From NCBI GenBank assembly GCA_021783135.1, contig JAJXUE010000003.1:51085-115084 (forward strand): 64,000 nt of DNA, read 5' to 3'. Below the pieces are notes generated by a model, which saw only the letters and a program-made list of their open reading frames with translations, was not told the origin of the DNA and ran no database searches. Every line of letters begins with the position of its first letter. Within the stretch, counting starts at the first letter, position 1. Position numbers and translations under genes: made by a program. Positions 1-8,471 of the stretch are shown in pieces. This stretch comes from Bacillota bacterium. GTDB lineage: Bacteria; Bacillota; Desulfitobacteriia; Desulfitobacteriales; JAJXUE01.

Positions 1-1
1 T

Positions 2-541
2 AACTCAGGCGCAGCTGGAACTTCCGCGAATGCAACACCTTCAGCAGCAGCCAGTCAAGTTCCGTCAGTGCCATCCGCCGCAGCCAGTCAAACTCCTGCT
101 AGTGCTGACCCAAATTACGATGTGATTGACTTTAACAAGAATACGCCTACGCCTTTTCCCTGGCTGACTATAATTTTCCTAGTCCTTGATGTTTTGGCAG
201 TCTTGGTCTTGGCAACAATGGTCTGGCGTTGGTTAAAGGGGGTTTGGCCCTGGTCTTATGTGCGACGTCGCCCGGCAAATTTGTTGGACTTGAACCATTT
301 GTCGCCGGAGTTGCAAAACTTGATCAACGATTTTCGGAATGCAGATTCGGAAACTGTTTTAGCGGCTGAAGAATTGCTGCAACGCGGCAAAGGTGGCGAA
401 AAACTATTACAAACAGTGGCCAAGTTGCCGGAAAATCTTGTTACCCGCTTGCAAACCCTGAGCGAAACTGAAACCGAGTTATTGTTCCAGCTTAGCCGCG
501 CTTTGCGCGAGCAGAAAGGCGGTGTCGAGCATGCTAATTAA
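2..541 (+). CDS. 5'-truncated membrane-anchored protein (Ala/Ser/Pro linker, one TM helix, helical tail)
   Basis: Frame open from base 2 (NSGAAGTSANATPSAAASQVPSVPSAAASQ...), TM segment WLTIIFLVLDVLAVLVLATMVW; overlaps start of next gene. Confidence 0.7.
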   Translation, partial: NSGAAGTSANATPSAAASQVPSVPSAAASQTPASADPNYDVIDFNKNTPTPFPWLTIIFLVLDVLAVLVLATMVWRWLKGVWPWSYVRRRPANLLDLNHLSPELQNLINDFRNADSETVLAAEELLQRGKGGEKLLQTVAKLPENLVTRLQTLSETETELLFQLSRALREQKGGVEHAN

Positions 542-1061
542 TGATTGGATGAAAGAGAAAACGTGGTCTCCTTGGGTGGCCGGGGTAGTCCTGGGTATTG
601 CTGGAATAGGTACTTATGTATTGGCGGACAAGACAATTGGTTCTTCCGGCGGACTGGAAAGTATCGATAGCATTTTAGGGCATACCTTTCACCTACCGTG
701 GGCAAACTCGATGTATTTTCGCTTCCAGATGCCGCCGGTCATTTCTTTTCAGATTATGTTGTTTGTCGGGATGTTAATTGGTTCTGCTGTCTCGAGTCTT
801 TGGTCGGGTGATTTCAAGTTTAGAATCATGCCTGACAAGCTTTGGACATCTAATTTTGGGCCAAGCGTCGCTAAACGCTGGATCTTAATCTTTATCGGAG
901 GGGCTATTATTGAGTTTGGGGCCGGTGTGGCCGGCGGGTGTACCAGTGGTTTAGCAATTTCCGGCTCAATGCAACTTTCCCCCGCTGGTTTTATCTTCAT
1001 TGCGGGTTTATTTATTACCGGAATTATCACAACCAAAATTTTGTATGGGAGGAATTACTAG
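531..1061 (+). CDS. YeeE/YedE (TsuA) family sulfur-compound transporter half
   Basis: W-S-P-W..G..LG, IGSSGG, G.LIGS..S...SG, GAGVAGGCTSG motifs. Confidence 0.85.
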   Translation: MLINDWMKEKTWSPWVAGVVLGIAGIGTYVLADKTIGSSGGLESIDSILGHTFHLPWANSMYFRFQMPPVISFQIMLFVGMLIGSAVSSLWSGDFKFRIMPDKLWTSNFGPSVAKRWILIFIGGAIIEFGAGVAGGCTSGLAISGSMQLSPAGFIFIAGLFITGIITTKILYGRNY

Positions 1062-1645
1062 TGGAAACCTACGGAGTTCCCCTCTTAATTGGTTTTTTCT
1101 TCGCCCTTACCCTGCAAAAGGCCGGTTTGGGCCATTACAACAAAATTGTCAATCAATTTAGGTTTAAAGATAACACTGTGATGAAGTTTATGCTGACCGG
1201 AATATCGGTCGGTCTTGTCGGTATCTATCTTCTGCAGGATCTTGGCGCTTTAAAAATTGACCAAGTCAGTTCAACCTACATTTTGGGCAATTTAATCGGA
1301 GGTATGATTTTTGGTGTGGGAATGGCTCTGGCCGGCACCTGACCAGGCACTTTGATCACCGGGTGTGGTCAGGGCAATTTGGATTATTTAATTCCCGGAG
1401 TACTGGGCTTCTTGTTTGGCGGTGTTTTGTTTGGTTACAGTTATCAGGGTTTTTTCTTGAAGATTTCTACTTATGCTTCCTATGGCAACAAAACCTTGGC
1501 CGATTTATGGCATATTAACCACTGGATTTTAATCGCTTTGTTCGTAACCTTTACGTTGATTTTCTATGTCGGCAGCAAGATAACAGAAAGCAAGAGCAAG
1601 CACGAAGACTTGACGCAACAACAACTCCATCAAGTCTCGCAGTGA
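1061..1645 (+). CDS. YeeE/YedE family transporter half, selenoprotein (in-frame UGA 1340-1342)
   Basis: RBS GGGAGG + GTG at 1061; GMALAGT-UGA-PGT where the family has G.CPGT; frame continues to 1645; hairpin after UGA. Confidence 0.85.
1350..1374 (+). promoter_or_regulatory. Bacterial SECIS-like hairpin
   Basis: CUUUGAUCAC-CGGGU-GUGGUCAGGG: 10 bp stem (with G-U pairs), G-rich apical loop, begins 8 nt after UGA. Confidence 0.7.
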
Positions 1646-1660
1646 AAGGAGGCCTAAACG

Positions 1661-3865
1661 GTGTCCAAAATATATACATGGGAAGAATTATTCAGCCGAC
1701 GTCAATTTATTAAAGGCGGCGCCGCCGTGGCCGCCACCGGTGTTGCCGCCTGGAGCGGTTTACTGCAGCCAGCCTTTGGGGCAGGGGAAAATAGCACATT
1801 ACCAACACCGAACAACAGTATAAGGTACGTTAGTACCATCTGTGAACAGTGTGTATGGCGGTGTGGTGTAATTGCCAGGGTCGAGAATGGAGTAGTTAGA
1901 AAGCTCGAGGGTAACCCTGTCCATCCACAAAACAAAGGTAAGTTATGTCCGCGCGGCAATGCCGGCATCGAAACACTATACAGTCCTGACCGGATTAAAT
2001 TTCCTCTGATTCGTGCCGGTGCGCGTGGCAGTGGACTATGGCGGCGGGCATCCTGGGATGAGGCTTTAAGTTACACAGCTGCTCAAATGCAACAGATTAA
2101 AGTTAAATACGGCGCAAAAGCGATGATGTTTAACTCTACCGACAACTTGTCGCAGCCTTTTTTCGAAGTTTTATTTAAGGCGTACGGCTCGCCGAACTAC
2201 GGAACCCAGCGTAGCCTCTGTTTTAATGCTATGACTACAGGCTTTCTATATACTTATGGGGTGGCACAGCCGGGTACAGATTATGCTAACTGCAAATATA
2301 TGATTTTTTCCGGGCGGAACTTGGCCGAAGGAATTGCCAACATTGAAACCCAGGAAATGATCGATATGATGGCTCGAGGCACAAAAGTGGTTGTGTTAGA
2401 TCCGCGATTCACTAAAACGGCCTCTAAAGCCGAATGGCTTCCGATTCGTCCCGGTACGGATTTGGCCTTCTTCTTAGCTATGTTGAATGTGGTAATCACA
2501 GAAAAACTATACGACAAGGCTTTCGTCGCGCAATATACGCAAGGCTTTGCTGATCTGGCCAAAGAAGTAAGCCAGTATACCCCGGAGTGGGCCGAAGTAA
2601 AGACAGATATCCCCGCAGTAACCATTCGCCGCATTGCCCATGAATTTGCCGCGGCAGCGCCGGCTGCCATTGCGCACCCTAACTGGCGCACGTCCAATTT
2701 CATCAATTCATTTCAACATGAACGGGCGGTTGCCGTGTTAAATGCCATTGTCGGCAACTGGGCACAGCCCGGAGGTTTGATCCCAGATCAGAGTATCAAT
2801 ACAGCACAGTTAGGGACAATTCCCCACCCTTCTTTTCCTCCGGCCCAGGGTCTCCGTTTAGATGGAGTACCCTGGCAATACCCGATGGTGCCGTTTGCGT
2901 ATGGAGTGATTCAAACCATGCGGGATAATATTTTAACAGGCAAACCGTATCAAGCCCATGGTTGGTTAATTTCGCGCCAAAACCCTGTGTTGTCGATTCC
3001 GGAACGGCAAAAGACTATTAACGCACTGATGAAGTTAGATTTTGTTGCTGTGGTAGATATTCAGGCTAATGATACTGCGTACTATGCAGACGTGATTTTG
3101 CCAGAGTCGAGCTATTTGGAGCGCTATGATGGCCTGGTGCCGCTTGGCGACCAGATATTCATCCGCCAACCGGTTATTGATCCTCTCTACGACACCAAAA
3201 GCAGCCTTATGATCTATCAGGAACTGGCGCAAAAACTTGGCTTAGGGGATTTCCTGCCGTATCAAAATGAAGAAGACCTGCTAAGCAAGCAGCTTAGTCC
3301 TTTTGCCATTGGTTTAGATGAATTGAAACAACAAGGCTATTACACAGTCCCTAACTTTAAAAAGGATCTCACGCAGGACTTTAAATTCCAAACAACCAGC
3401 GGTAAGATTGAAATTTCCTCAAGCATTATGGCGCAAATGGGTAAGACTGCTGTCCCCACCTGGGATGCGCCGCCGCAACCAGCTTCGAACCAATTTTACC
3501 TGCTCACAGGTAAAACCGCGCAGCACAGCCAAATGTTTACCCAAAATAATCGTTGGCTCTTGGAGCTCTTCCCGGAGAATAAGGCTTGGATTCACACATC
3601 CGTTGCCCAAAATATCGGAGTACAAACCGATGATGAAGTTGTTATTGCGAGCGATGTCGGCAAAGTACGCATCAAAGCATTCGTAACTGAAGGCATTAGA
3701 CCAGACTGCGTATTCATGGTCGGAGGGTTTGGACACGTGAGTAAAGGTCTTAAGAGTGCTTATGGAGTGGGAGCGAGCGACTCGGCCTTACACAAATCTC
3801 TTGCCGACCCAATTTCGGGCAGTTCCGCCCTAAGTCAAACCTTCGTAACAGTTAGTAAAGCGTAG
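1661..3865 (+). CDS. Molybdopterin oxidoreductase catalytic subunit, PsrA/PhsA/SrrA family
   Basis: Tat motif SRRQFIK, CEQCVWRC...C 4Fe-4S motif, SLCFNA Mo-ligand Cys, ADVILPESSYLER. Confidence 0.9.
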   Translation: MSKIYTWEELFSRRQFIKGGAAVAATGVAAWSGLLQPAFGAGENSTLPTPNNSIRYVSTICEQCVWRCGVIARVENGVVRKLEGNPVHPQNKGKLCPRGNAGIETLYSPDRIKFPLIRAGARGSGLWRRASWDEALSYTAAQMQQIKVKYGAKAMMFNSTDNLSQPFFEVLFKAYGSPNYGTQRSLCFNAMTTGFLYTYGVAQPGTDYANCKYMIFSGRNLAEGIANIETQEMIDMMARGTKVVVLDPRFTKTASKAEWLPIRPGTDLAFFLAMLNVVITEKLYDKAFVAQYTQGFADLAKEVSQYTPEWAEVKTDIPAVTIRRIAHEFAAAAPAAIAHPNWRTSNFINSFQHERAVAVLNAIVGNWAQPGGLIPDQSINTAQLGTIPHPSFPPAQGLRLDGVPWQYPMVPFAYGVIQTMRDNILTGKPYQAHGWLISRQNPVLSIPERQKTINALMKLDFVAVVDIQANDTAYYADVILPESSYLERYDGLVPLGDQIFIRQPVIDPLYDTKSSLMIYQELAQKLGLGDFLPYQNEEDLLSKQLSPFAIGLDELKQQGYYTVPNFKKDLTQDFKFQTTSGKIEISSSIMAQMGKTAVPTWDAPPQPASNQFYLLTGKTAQHSQMFTQNNRWLLELFPENKAWIHTSVAQNIGVQTDDEVVIASDVGKVRIKAFVTEGIRPDCVFMVGGFGHVSKGLKSAYGVGASDSALHKSLADPISGSSALSQTFVTVSKA

Positions 3866-3878
3866 GAGGAAAGATAAA

Positions 3879-4454
3879 ATGGCAGTTCGCATGGGCTTTG
3901 TTATCATCACTTCGCGCTGTATCGATTGCGATGCCTGTATGGTGGCGTGTCGGGCGGAAAATGAAGTCCCGCTCGGGTTCACCCGTAACTGGGTTACCAA
4001 CAAGGGAATAGCCGGACTGTTCCCTAATGTTAAGCAAATGTTTGAACCGGGCAATTGTATGCATTGTGACAGTCCGCCTTGTGTAGCAGTTTGTCCCACC
4101 GGAGCGTCGCATAAGCGCGAGGACGGGATTGTTTTGGTGGACGATGTCAAATGTATCGGATGTAAATACTGCATCGAAGCGTGCCCGTATGACGCTCGTT
4201 TTCCCAATCCGGATACAGGTAAGGCCGACAAATGTACTTTTTGCATTCAACGACTGGAGCAAGGCTTGCAGCCTGCTTGCGTGCAGACGTGTATCGGCAA
4301 GGCTCGCCATTCCGGCGACCTGAATAATCCGGCGAGTGTGGTGTCCCAGTTACTCGACATCTATCCGGCCCGTCAGCTTTTGACGCAAGCAGGGACTGGT
4401 CCGAACATTTACTATATTGATGTCCCGGTACCTGAAATTCCGGCGGGCAAATAA
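3879..4454 (+). CDS. 4x[4Fe-4S] electron-transfer subunit (PsrB/NrfC type)
   Basis: CIDCDACMVAC, CMHCDSPPCVAVCP, CIGCKYCIEACP, KCTFC...PACVQTC. Confidence 0.92.
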   Translation: MAVRMGFVIITSRCIDCDACMVACRAENEVPLGFTRNWVTNKGIAGLFPNVKQMFEPGNCMHCDSPPCVAVCPTGASHKREDGIVLVDDVKCIGCKYCIEACPYDARFPNPDTGKADKCTFCIQRLEQGLQPACVQTCIGKARHSGDLNNPASVVSQLLDIYPARQLLTQAGTGPNIYYIDVPVPEIPAGK

Positions 4455-4475
4455 CATAGACTGGGGGAGGATGTA

Positions 4476-5381
4476 ATGCACGGAGAATTTGTCTGGGGTA
4501 TTTTAATTGTCATCTACCTGTTCACTGCAGGGTTAAGCGCCGGGGCTATGGTAACATCGAACGGGGCGTTATTGCTCGGAGGAGAACGGTTTGATCGCAT
4601 AGCACGCTGGGGAGCCTTGATTGCACCATTTCCAATTGCTATTGGAACGGGTATGCTGTTGGTTGATTTGGGCAGCCCGCTCAATTTCTACCGTTTGTTT
4701 ATGATCTTGCAAGTAAAATCACCTATGTCATACGGCAGCTGGGCAATATTGCTGTTTACAGTGTTAAGCTTAGTCTATTTTTACCTGTGGTTGCCCGAAA
4801 AGTTGCAGATCTGGCGGCGACCTGCTCAGTATGTGCAGTGGCAACGGTTTTTGGCCAAAGTAATGCCGGTGCTGGCTGTAATTGTAGCTGCCTATACTGG
4901 AGTTCTATTAAATGCTGCTGGTCGCCCACTGTGGCAGACACCGCTGTTGCCGGAGTTATTCTTGGTTTCGGCCTTTTCAACCGGTGTGGCGTCAGTCATC
5001 TTAGCTGCCAGCCTTAGTCATACTTGGCGCGCCCGGCACCATGAAATACGTGTTCTGACTATTGCGGATGCAGTGTTGGTGATTTTGGAGTTAATACTCT
5101 TTGCCACGATGGCACTTTCCGCTCAACTCGGTACATTAAGTCAACGTTTAGCTTTTGCGCAGTTATTGGATGGTCACTATGCTTGGATGTTTTGGTTTTT
5201 TATAGTAATCTTAGGGTTAGTGGTACCTCTGCTGATGGAGATTAGCGAAATAAGGGGTAAAATTCCTGTCAAATGGGCGGGGTCATTAACTATTGGCAGC
5301 AGTTTTCTTGTTCTATTCGGTGGATTTTTCGTGCGATATGCGATTACTTACGCTGGACAATGGAGCGGTTGGGTGCACTAG
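4476..5381 (+). CDS. NrfD/PsrC membrane anchor subunit
   Basis: WG..I..YLF..GLSAGA, L.VDLG.P, SPMS.GSW, AAYTG.LL motifs; about 8 TM helices. Confidence 0.9.
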   Translation: MHGEFVWGILIVIYLFTAGLSAGAMVTSNGALLLGGERFDRIARWGALIAPFPIAIGTGMLLVDLGSPLNFYRLFMILQVKSPMSYGSWAILLFTVLSLVYFYLWLPEKLQIWRRPAQYVQWQRFLAKVMPVLAVIVAAYTGVLLNAAGRPLWQTPLLPELFLVSAFSTGVASVILAASLSHTWRARHHEIRVLTIADAVLVILELILFATMALSAQLGTLSQRLAFAQLLDGHYAWMFWFFIVILGLVVPLLMEISEIRGKIPVKWAGSLTIGSSFLVLFGGFFVRYAITYAGQWSGWVH

Positions 5382-5411
5382 TGAGAGCATAAGGGGGCAT
5401 TAGAGCAGGCC

Positions 5412-5867
5412 ATGGAAGATGAAAATAGTGTACTAACGCGCCGCAACTTGCTGCGAATTGGTTGGGTGAGTATTATTGCTTCCGGTCTTTTGTCTCTGTG
5501 GCCGCTTAGCCAGTATTTAACCAGCTCAGAGGATAGCTTACAATCAGACATTATAACGCTTAAAATCTCCCCGCTTATTGGCAACCAATGGTATCACATC
5601 GAAAATACCCGGGTGTGGCTAAAACGAGCTGGTCAAGGCTACGCTGCAATTTTAGCAACATGTACCCATCTGGGCTGCGAAGTAGCCTATAATTCCTCCC
5701 AGCAAAAGTGGTTTTGCCCGTGTCATGGCAGTGTCTATAATGCCGAAGGCACACCGATCGCGGGACCGGCACCGCGCGACTTAGCGCGTGTGGCGGTAAA
5801 AGCCGTAAATGATACTTTGATCGTTAATATCGGTAAGGTAGTAGGAATGGATAGGCAAATACTATGA
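5412..5867 (+). CDS. Rieske [2Fe-2S] protein
   Basis: TRRNLL Tat-like motif, CTHLGC and CPCHGS boxes, GPAPRDL. Confidence 0.92.
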   Translation: MEDENSVLTRRNLLRIGWVSIIASGLLSLWPLSQYLTSSEDSLQSDIITLKISPLIGNQWYHIENTRVWLKRAGQGYAAILATCTHLGCEVAYNSSQQKWFCPCHGSVYNAEGTPIAGPAPRDLARVAVKAVNDTLIVNIGKVVGMDRQIL

Positions 5868-6499
5868 CCCAAAAACGAACGCAAGAAAACTTTTTATGGC
5901 ACATTCGAGCGCGCCAGGTTCCAGCCAGAGCATTATCTGTAGTATATACTTTCTGTCTGGGCGGCATATCCTTTCTGGCCTTTGTCGTTTTAGCAGTTAC
6001 AGGCGTACTACTAATGTTTCACTATCAACCGGGCTATTCGGACGGTTACCACAGCGTGCTCAACCTGGCTTCCGTCATTCCGTATGGAGCGGTGTTACGC
6101 AACCTGCATTACTGGGCAGGTCAAATCATGGTTATAACAGTTGCCCTGCATATGGTTCGGGTGGTCTGGACGCAATCCTATCGTCCGCCGCGCGAACTTA
6201 ATTGGGTGGTCGGTGTCAGTTTGTTGGTTATAACTATAATTTTAGATTTTAGCGGTTATTTACTGCGAGGTTCGCAAGAAAGCGGCGCTGCAGCTACGGT
6301 CGCCGTGCATATCTTACAATTGGTGCCTGGGATAGGTGTAGGTTTAGCCGCAGCATTTTTTGGTCATCCAACTGCCTTGAGTGGTAGTACCTTAATGATT
6401 TATGTATGGCACTGCGTGGCCTTGCCTTCAGTCGCCTTTTACCTGCAAGGTTACCATTTTTGGCGCGTGCGAAAAGACGGGGGCATAAAACCTCTTTAG
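5864..6499 (+). CDS. Cytochrome b6-type (split cytochrome b, N-terminal part)
   Basis: FCLGG (heme ci Cys), four His ligands in LHYW..LHM and WHC..YHF, RPPRELNW. Confidence 0.9.
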   Translation: MTQKRTQENFLWHIRARQVPARALSVVYTFCLGGISFLAFVVLAVTGVLLMFHYQPGYSDGYHSVLNLASVIPYGAVLRNLHYWAGQIMVITVALHMVRVVWTQSYRPPRELNWVVGVSLLVITIILDFSGYLLRGSQESGAAATVAVHILQLVPGIGVGLAAAFFGHPTALSGSTLMIYVWHCVALPSVAFYLQGYHFWRVRKDGGIKPL

Positions 6500-6511
6500 G
6501 AGAACCATGAC

Positions 6512-6877
6512 ATGGATAAAGTTCCCGGCAGAAAACTATGGTCAAAAGAAGGTCTTGTAGTCATATTTTCACTTGCGATCGGAATACTTTTGTCCTTGCT
6601 ATTACAAGCACCCGTGGGAACATCTCCCCAGGCGCCTCTGCTTGCCCATGCGGTCGCACCTTGGATTTTTGGACCGGTTCAAATAGCCCTATTATACCTG
6701 CCGCCCTGGTTGGGAGCTGTGCTCTTACCCTTGGCGGCCTTGGCGTGCTTAACTGCTTTACCCTGGTTGGGAAAATTAGGCGGAAGGCGTTTGGCGTTGG
6801 GCTCCTTTGCGGCAGTAGGAATTATCATCGGCGTGTTACTACTCTGGTTTATGGGTAGAGAGTATTGGTGGCATTAA
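6512..6877 (+). CDS. Cytochrome b6 subunit IV-like membrane protein
   Basis: 3 TM helices; APWIF at the PEWY-equivalent position; LPWL; follows cytochrome b. Confidence 0.75.
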   Translation: MDKVPGRKLWSKEGLVVIFSLAIGILLSLLLQAPVGTSPQAPLLAHAVAPWIFGPVQIALLYLPPWLGAVLLPLAALACLTALPWLGKLGGRRLALGSFAAVGIIIGVLLLWFMGREYWWH

Positions 6878-6879
6878 TT

Positions 6880-8343
6880 ATGGACAAAAAAAGTTGGCTG
6901 TTCGCTTTAGGCGGGCTGTTGTTATTGACTACTGTCGGTTTAAGTATATTGGGCAATTACACTTCGAATTGGGCCATGTACCAGCAAAAGTATTTCCAGG
7001 CGCAGATCAATACCCTGCAAGCCCAACTAAAGACAACTTCCCACGGGCAAGCAAGAGCAAAACTCGAACAGCAAATTACTCAATGGCAAAACCGTAAACC
7101 GCAAATAGTTAACTTGGTTTTGCCGAATGGTCAAGTAGAGCGGTGCCAAACATGTCATATGGGTCTGGAGGAAATTTCAACTTCTCATCCGCCGGACACC
7201 TTCGGCTGTACAGTTTGCCATGGGGGCAACGGCCTCTCGCTTGACTTGAAGACAGCCCATGCCGACTGGTACGGACAAGGTCACCCAGGTAGGTTGAGTG
7301 TTGCTGGTTTGACGTGCGGTGGTACAGGTCCTAATGGGCAAACCTGCCACAGCGGCAATAAAGTACAGGCCCAAAATGAAGTGGATTTAGTCAAAACATC
7401 ATTAATGAGTACAAAGGCAGGAGAACTTAGCTTCGTGCGACGCATGCTAGGGCTAGATCCAGGCACAAAGGTGCCCAATTTAGCATTAGGCGAACCTGCT
7501 TCCCAATACCCCAATCCCTTAAACGGCGGGCCGCGCCAAGCTGCCTTGCAAACCAATTGTCTGAGCCAATGCCATCAAGCCGGTGGACTATTGCCATTGC
7601 TGCAAAAAGGCAAGACTGAGATTCCCAGTAACGGGTGTGAAAACTGCCATGTATTATCAAATCCCGATCACACCTATGTGGGGCAAGACGTAACAATTTC
7701 CCGTACTGAAGCTGGTTTAGGCATGGTGCACCAGCTAACTACCCAGATACCTTATACCCAGTGCAATCAGTGTCATAACCAAGGCTTGCACGACCCAATT
7801 AAGATGAAATTCACCCCTCGTGTCGATCTGCAGCAAGTAGTTAAAGACCGGCAGACCGGGAATAAAACCTGGTCAGCACGAGTCAAGGATTATTATCTGC
7901 CGGGCGAGCTTTTTGCCAAGTGCGAGGTTAGTCTGGATTGTATCGATTGCCATACCCGCGAGGATGTAATGGGAGACGGTCACATGTATACCTCAGAATA
8001 TGCGGCAGTACATATCCAGTGTCAAGATTGCCATGGAACCATCAACAGTTTACCGCTAAGTAAGAAGGTACGGAGCACGAGCGACTTAGCTTTTGAAGAA
8101 GGCATTGCCAACCCTAACTTTCCGGCGTTGGTAGTGGGTGACACTATCGGCTTAACACATCAAGGGGAGGAGTTGCCTTATGTACGGCAAAAAGGGCAAA
8201 CCAGGTATATCGTGAGTAGAATAACTGGTACTAAATATACAATTCCCATGGTCAAAGGCAGTGCTTGCCGACAAAAATTGACTGAGCAAGGTGCGGATGC
8301 TTGTCATGCTTGTCATCAAGCTGTTTCAGAACAAGCTCATTAA
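6880..8343 (+). CDS. Membrane-anchored multiheme cytochrome c
   Basis: 7 CXXCH motifs plus CLSQCH and CX9CH; N-terminal TM helix. Confidence 0.9.
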   Translation: MDKKSWLFALGGLLLLTTVGLSILGNYTSNWAMYQQKYFQAQINTLQAQLKTTSHGQARAKLEQQITQWQNRKPQIVNLVLPNGQVERCQTCHMGLEEISTSHPPDTFGCTVCHGGNGLSLDLKTAHADWYGQGHPGRLSVAGLTCGGTGPNGQTCHSGNKVQAQNEVDLVKTSLMSTKAGELSFVRRMLGLDPGTKVPNLALGEPASQYPNPLNGGPRQAALQTNCLSQCHQAGGLLPLLQKGKTEIPSNGCENCHVLSNPDHTYVGQDVTISRTEAGLGMVHQLTTQIPYTQCNQCHNQGLHDPIKMKFTPRVDLQQVVKDRQTGNKTWSARVKDYYLPGELFAKCEVSLDCIDCHTREDVMGDGHMYTSEYAAVHIQCQDCHGTINSLPLSKKVRSTSDLAFEEGIANPNFPALVVGDTIGLTHQGEELPYVRQKGQTRYIVSRITGTKYTIPMVKGSACRQKLTEQGADACHACHQAVSEQAH

Positions 8344-8378
8344 GCACCTTACTGCAATAAATATTTTGGGCAAAAGTG

Positions 8379-8407
8379 TTGACAATATAAGATAAATTGC
8401 ATATATT
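8379..8407 (+). promoter_or_regulatory. SigA promoter
   Basis: TTGACA (8379-8384), 17 nt spacer, TATATT (8402-8407). Confidence 0.75.
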
Positions 8408-8417
8408 TTAAATATGT

Positions 8418-8437
8418 GATACCCCCCCTAGGGTATC
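8418..8437. promoter_or_regulatory. CsoR/CstR-family operator
   Basis: GATACCC-CCCCTA-GGGTATC: inverted repeat with C/G tract, just downstream of the -10 box. Confidence 0.7.
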
Positions 8438-8471
8438 CGGTTAAAATCAATTGAATTGGAGTGAATTGAAT

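Noticed and set aside
938-1645. Two separate ORFs or a nonsense pseudogene
   Set aside because: UGA sits at the conserved Cys with a SECIS-like hairpin, so one selenoprotein starting at 1061 fits better.
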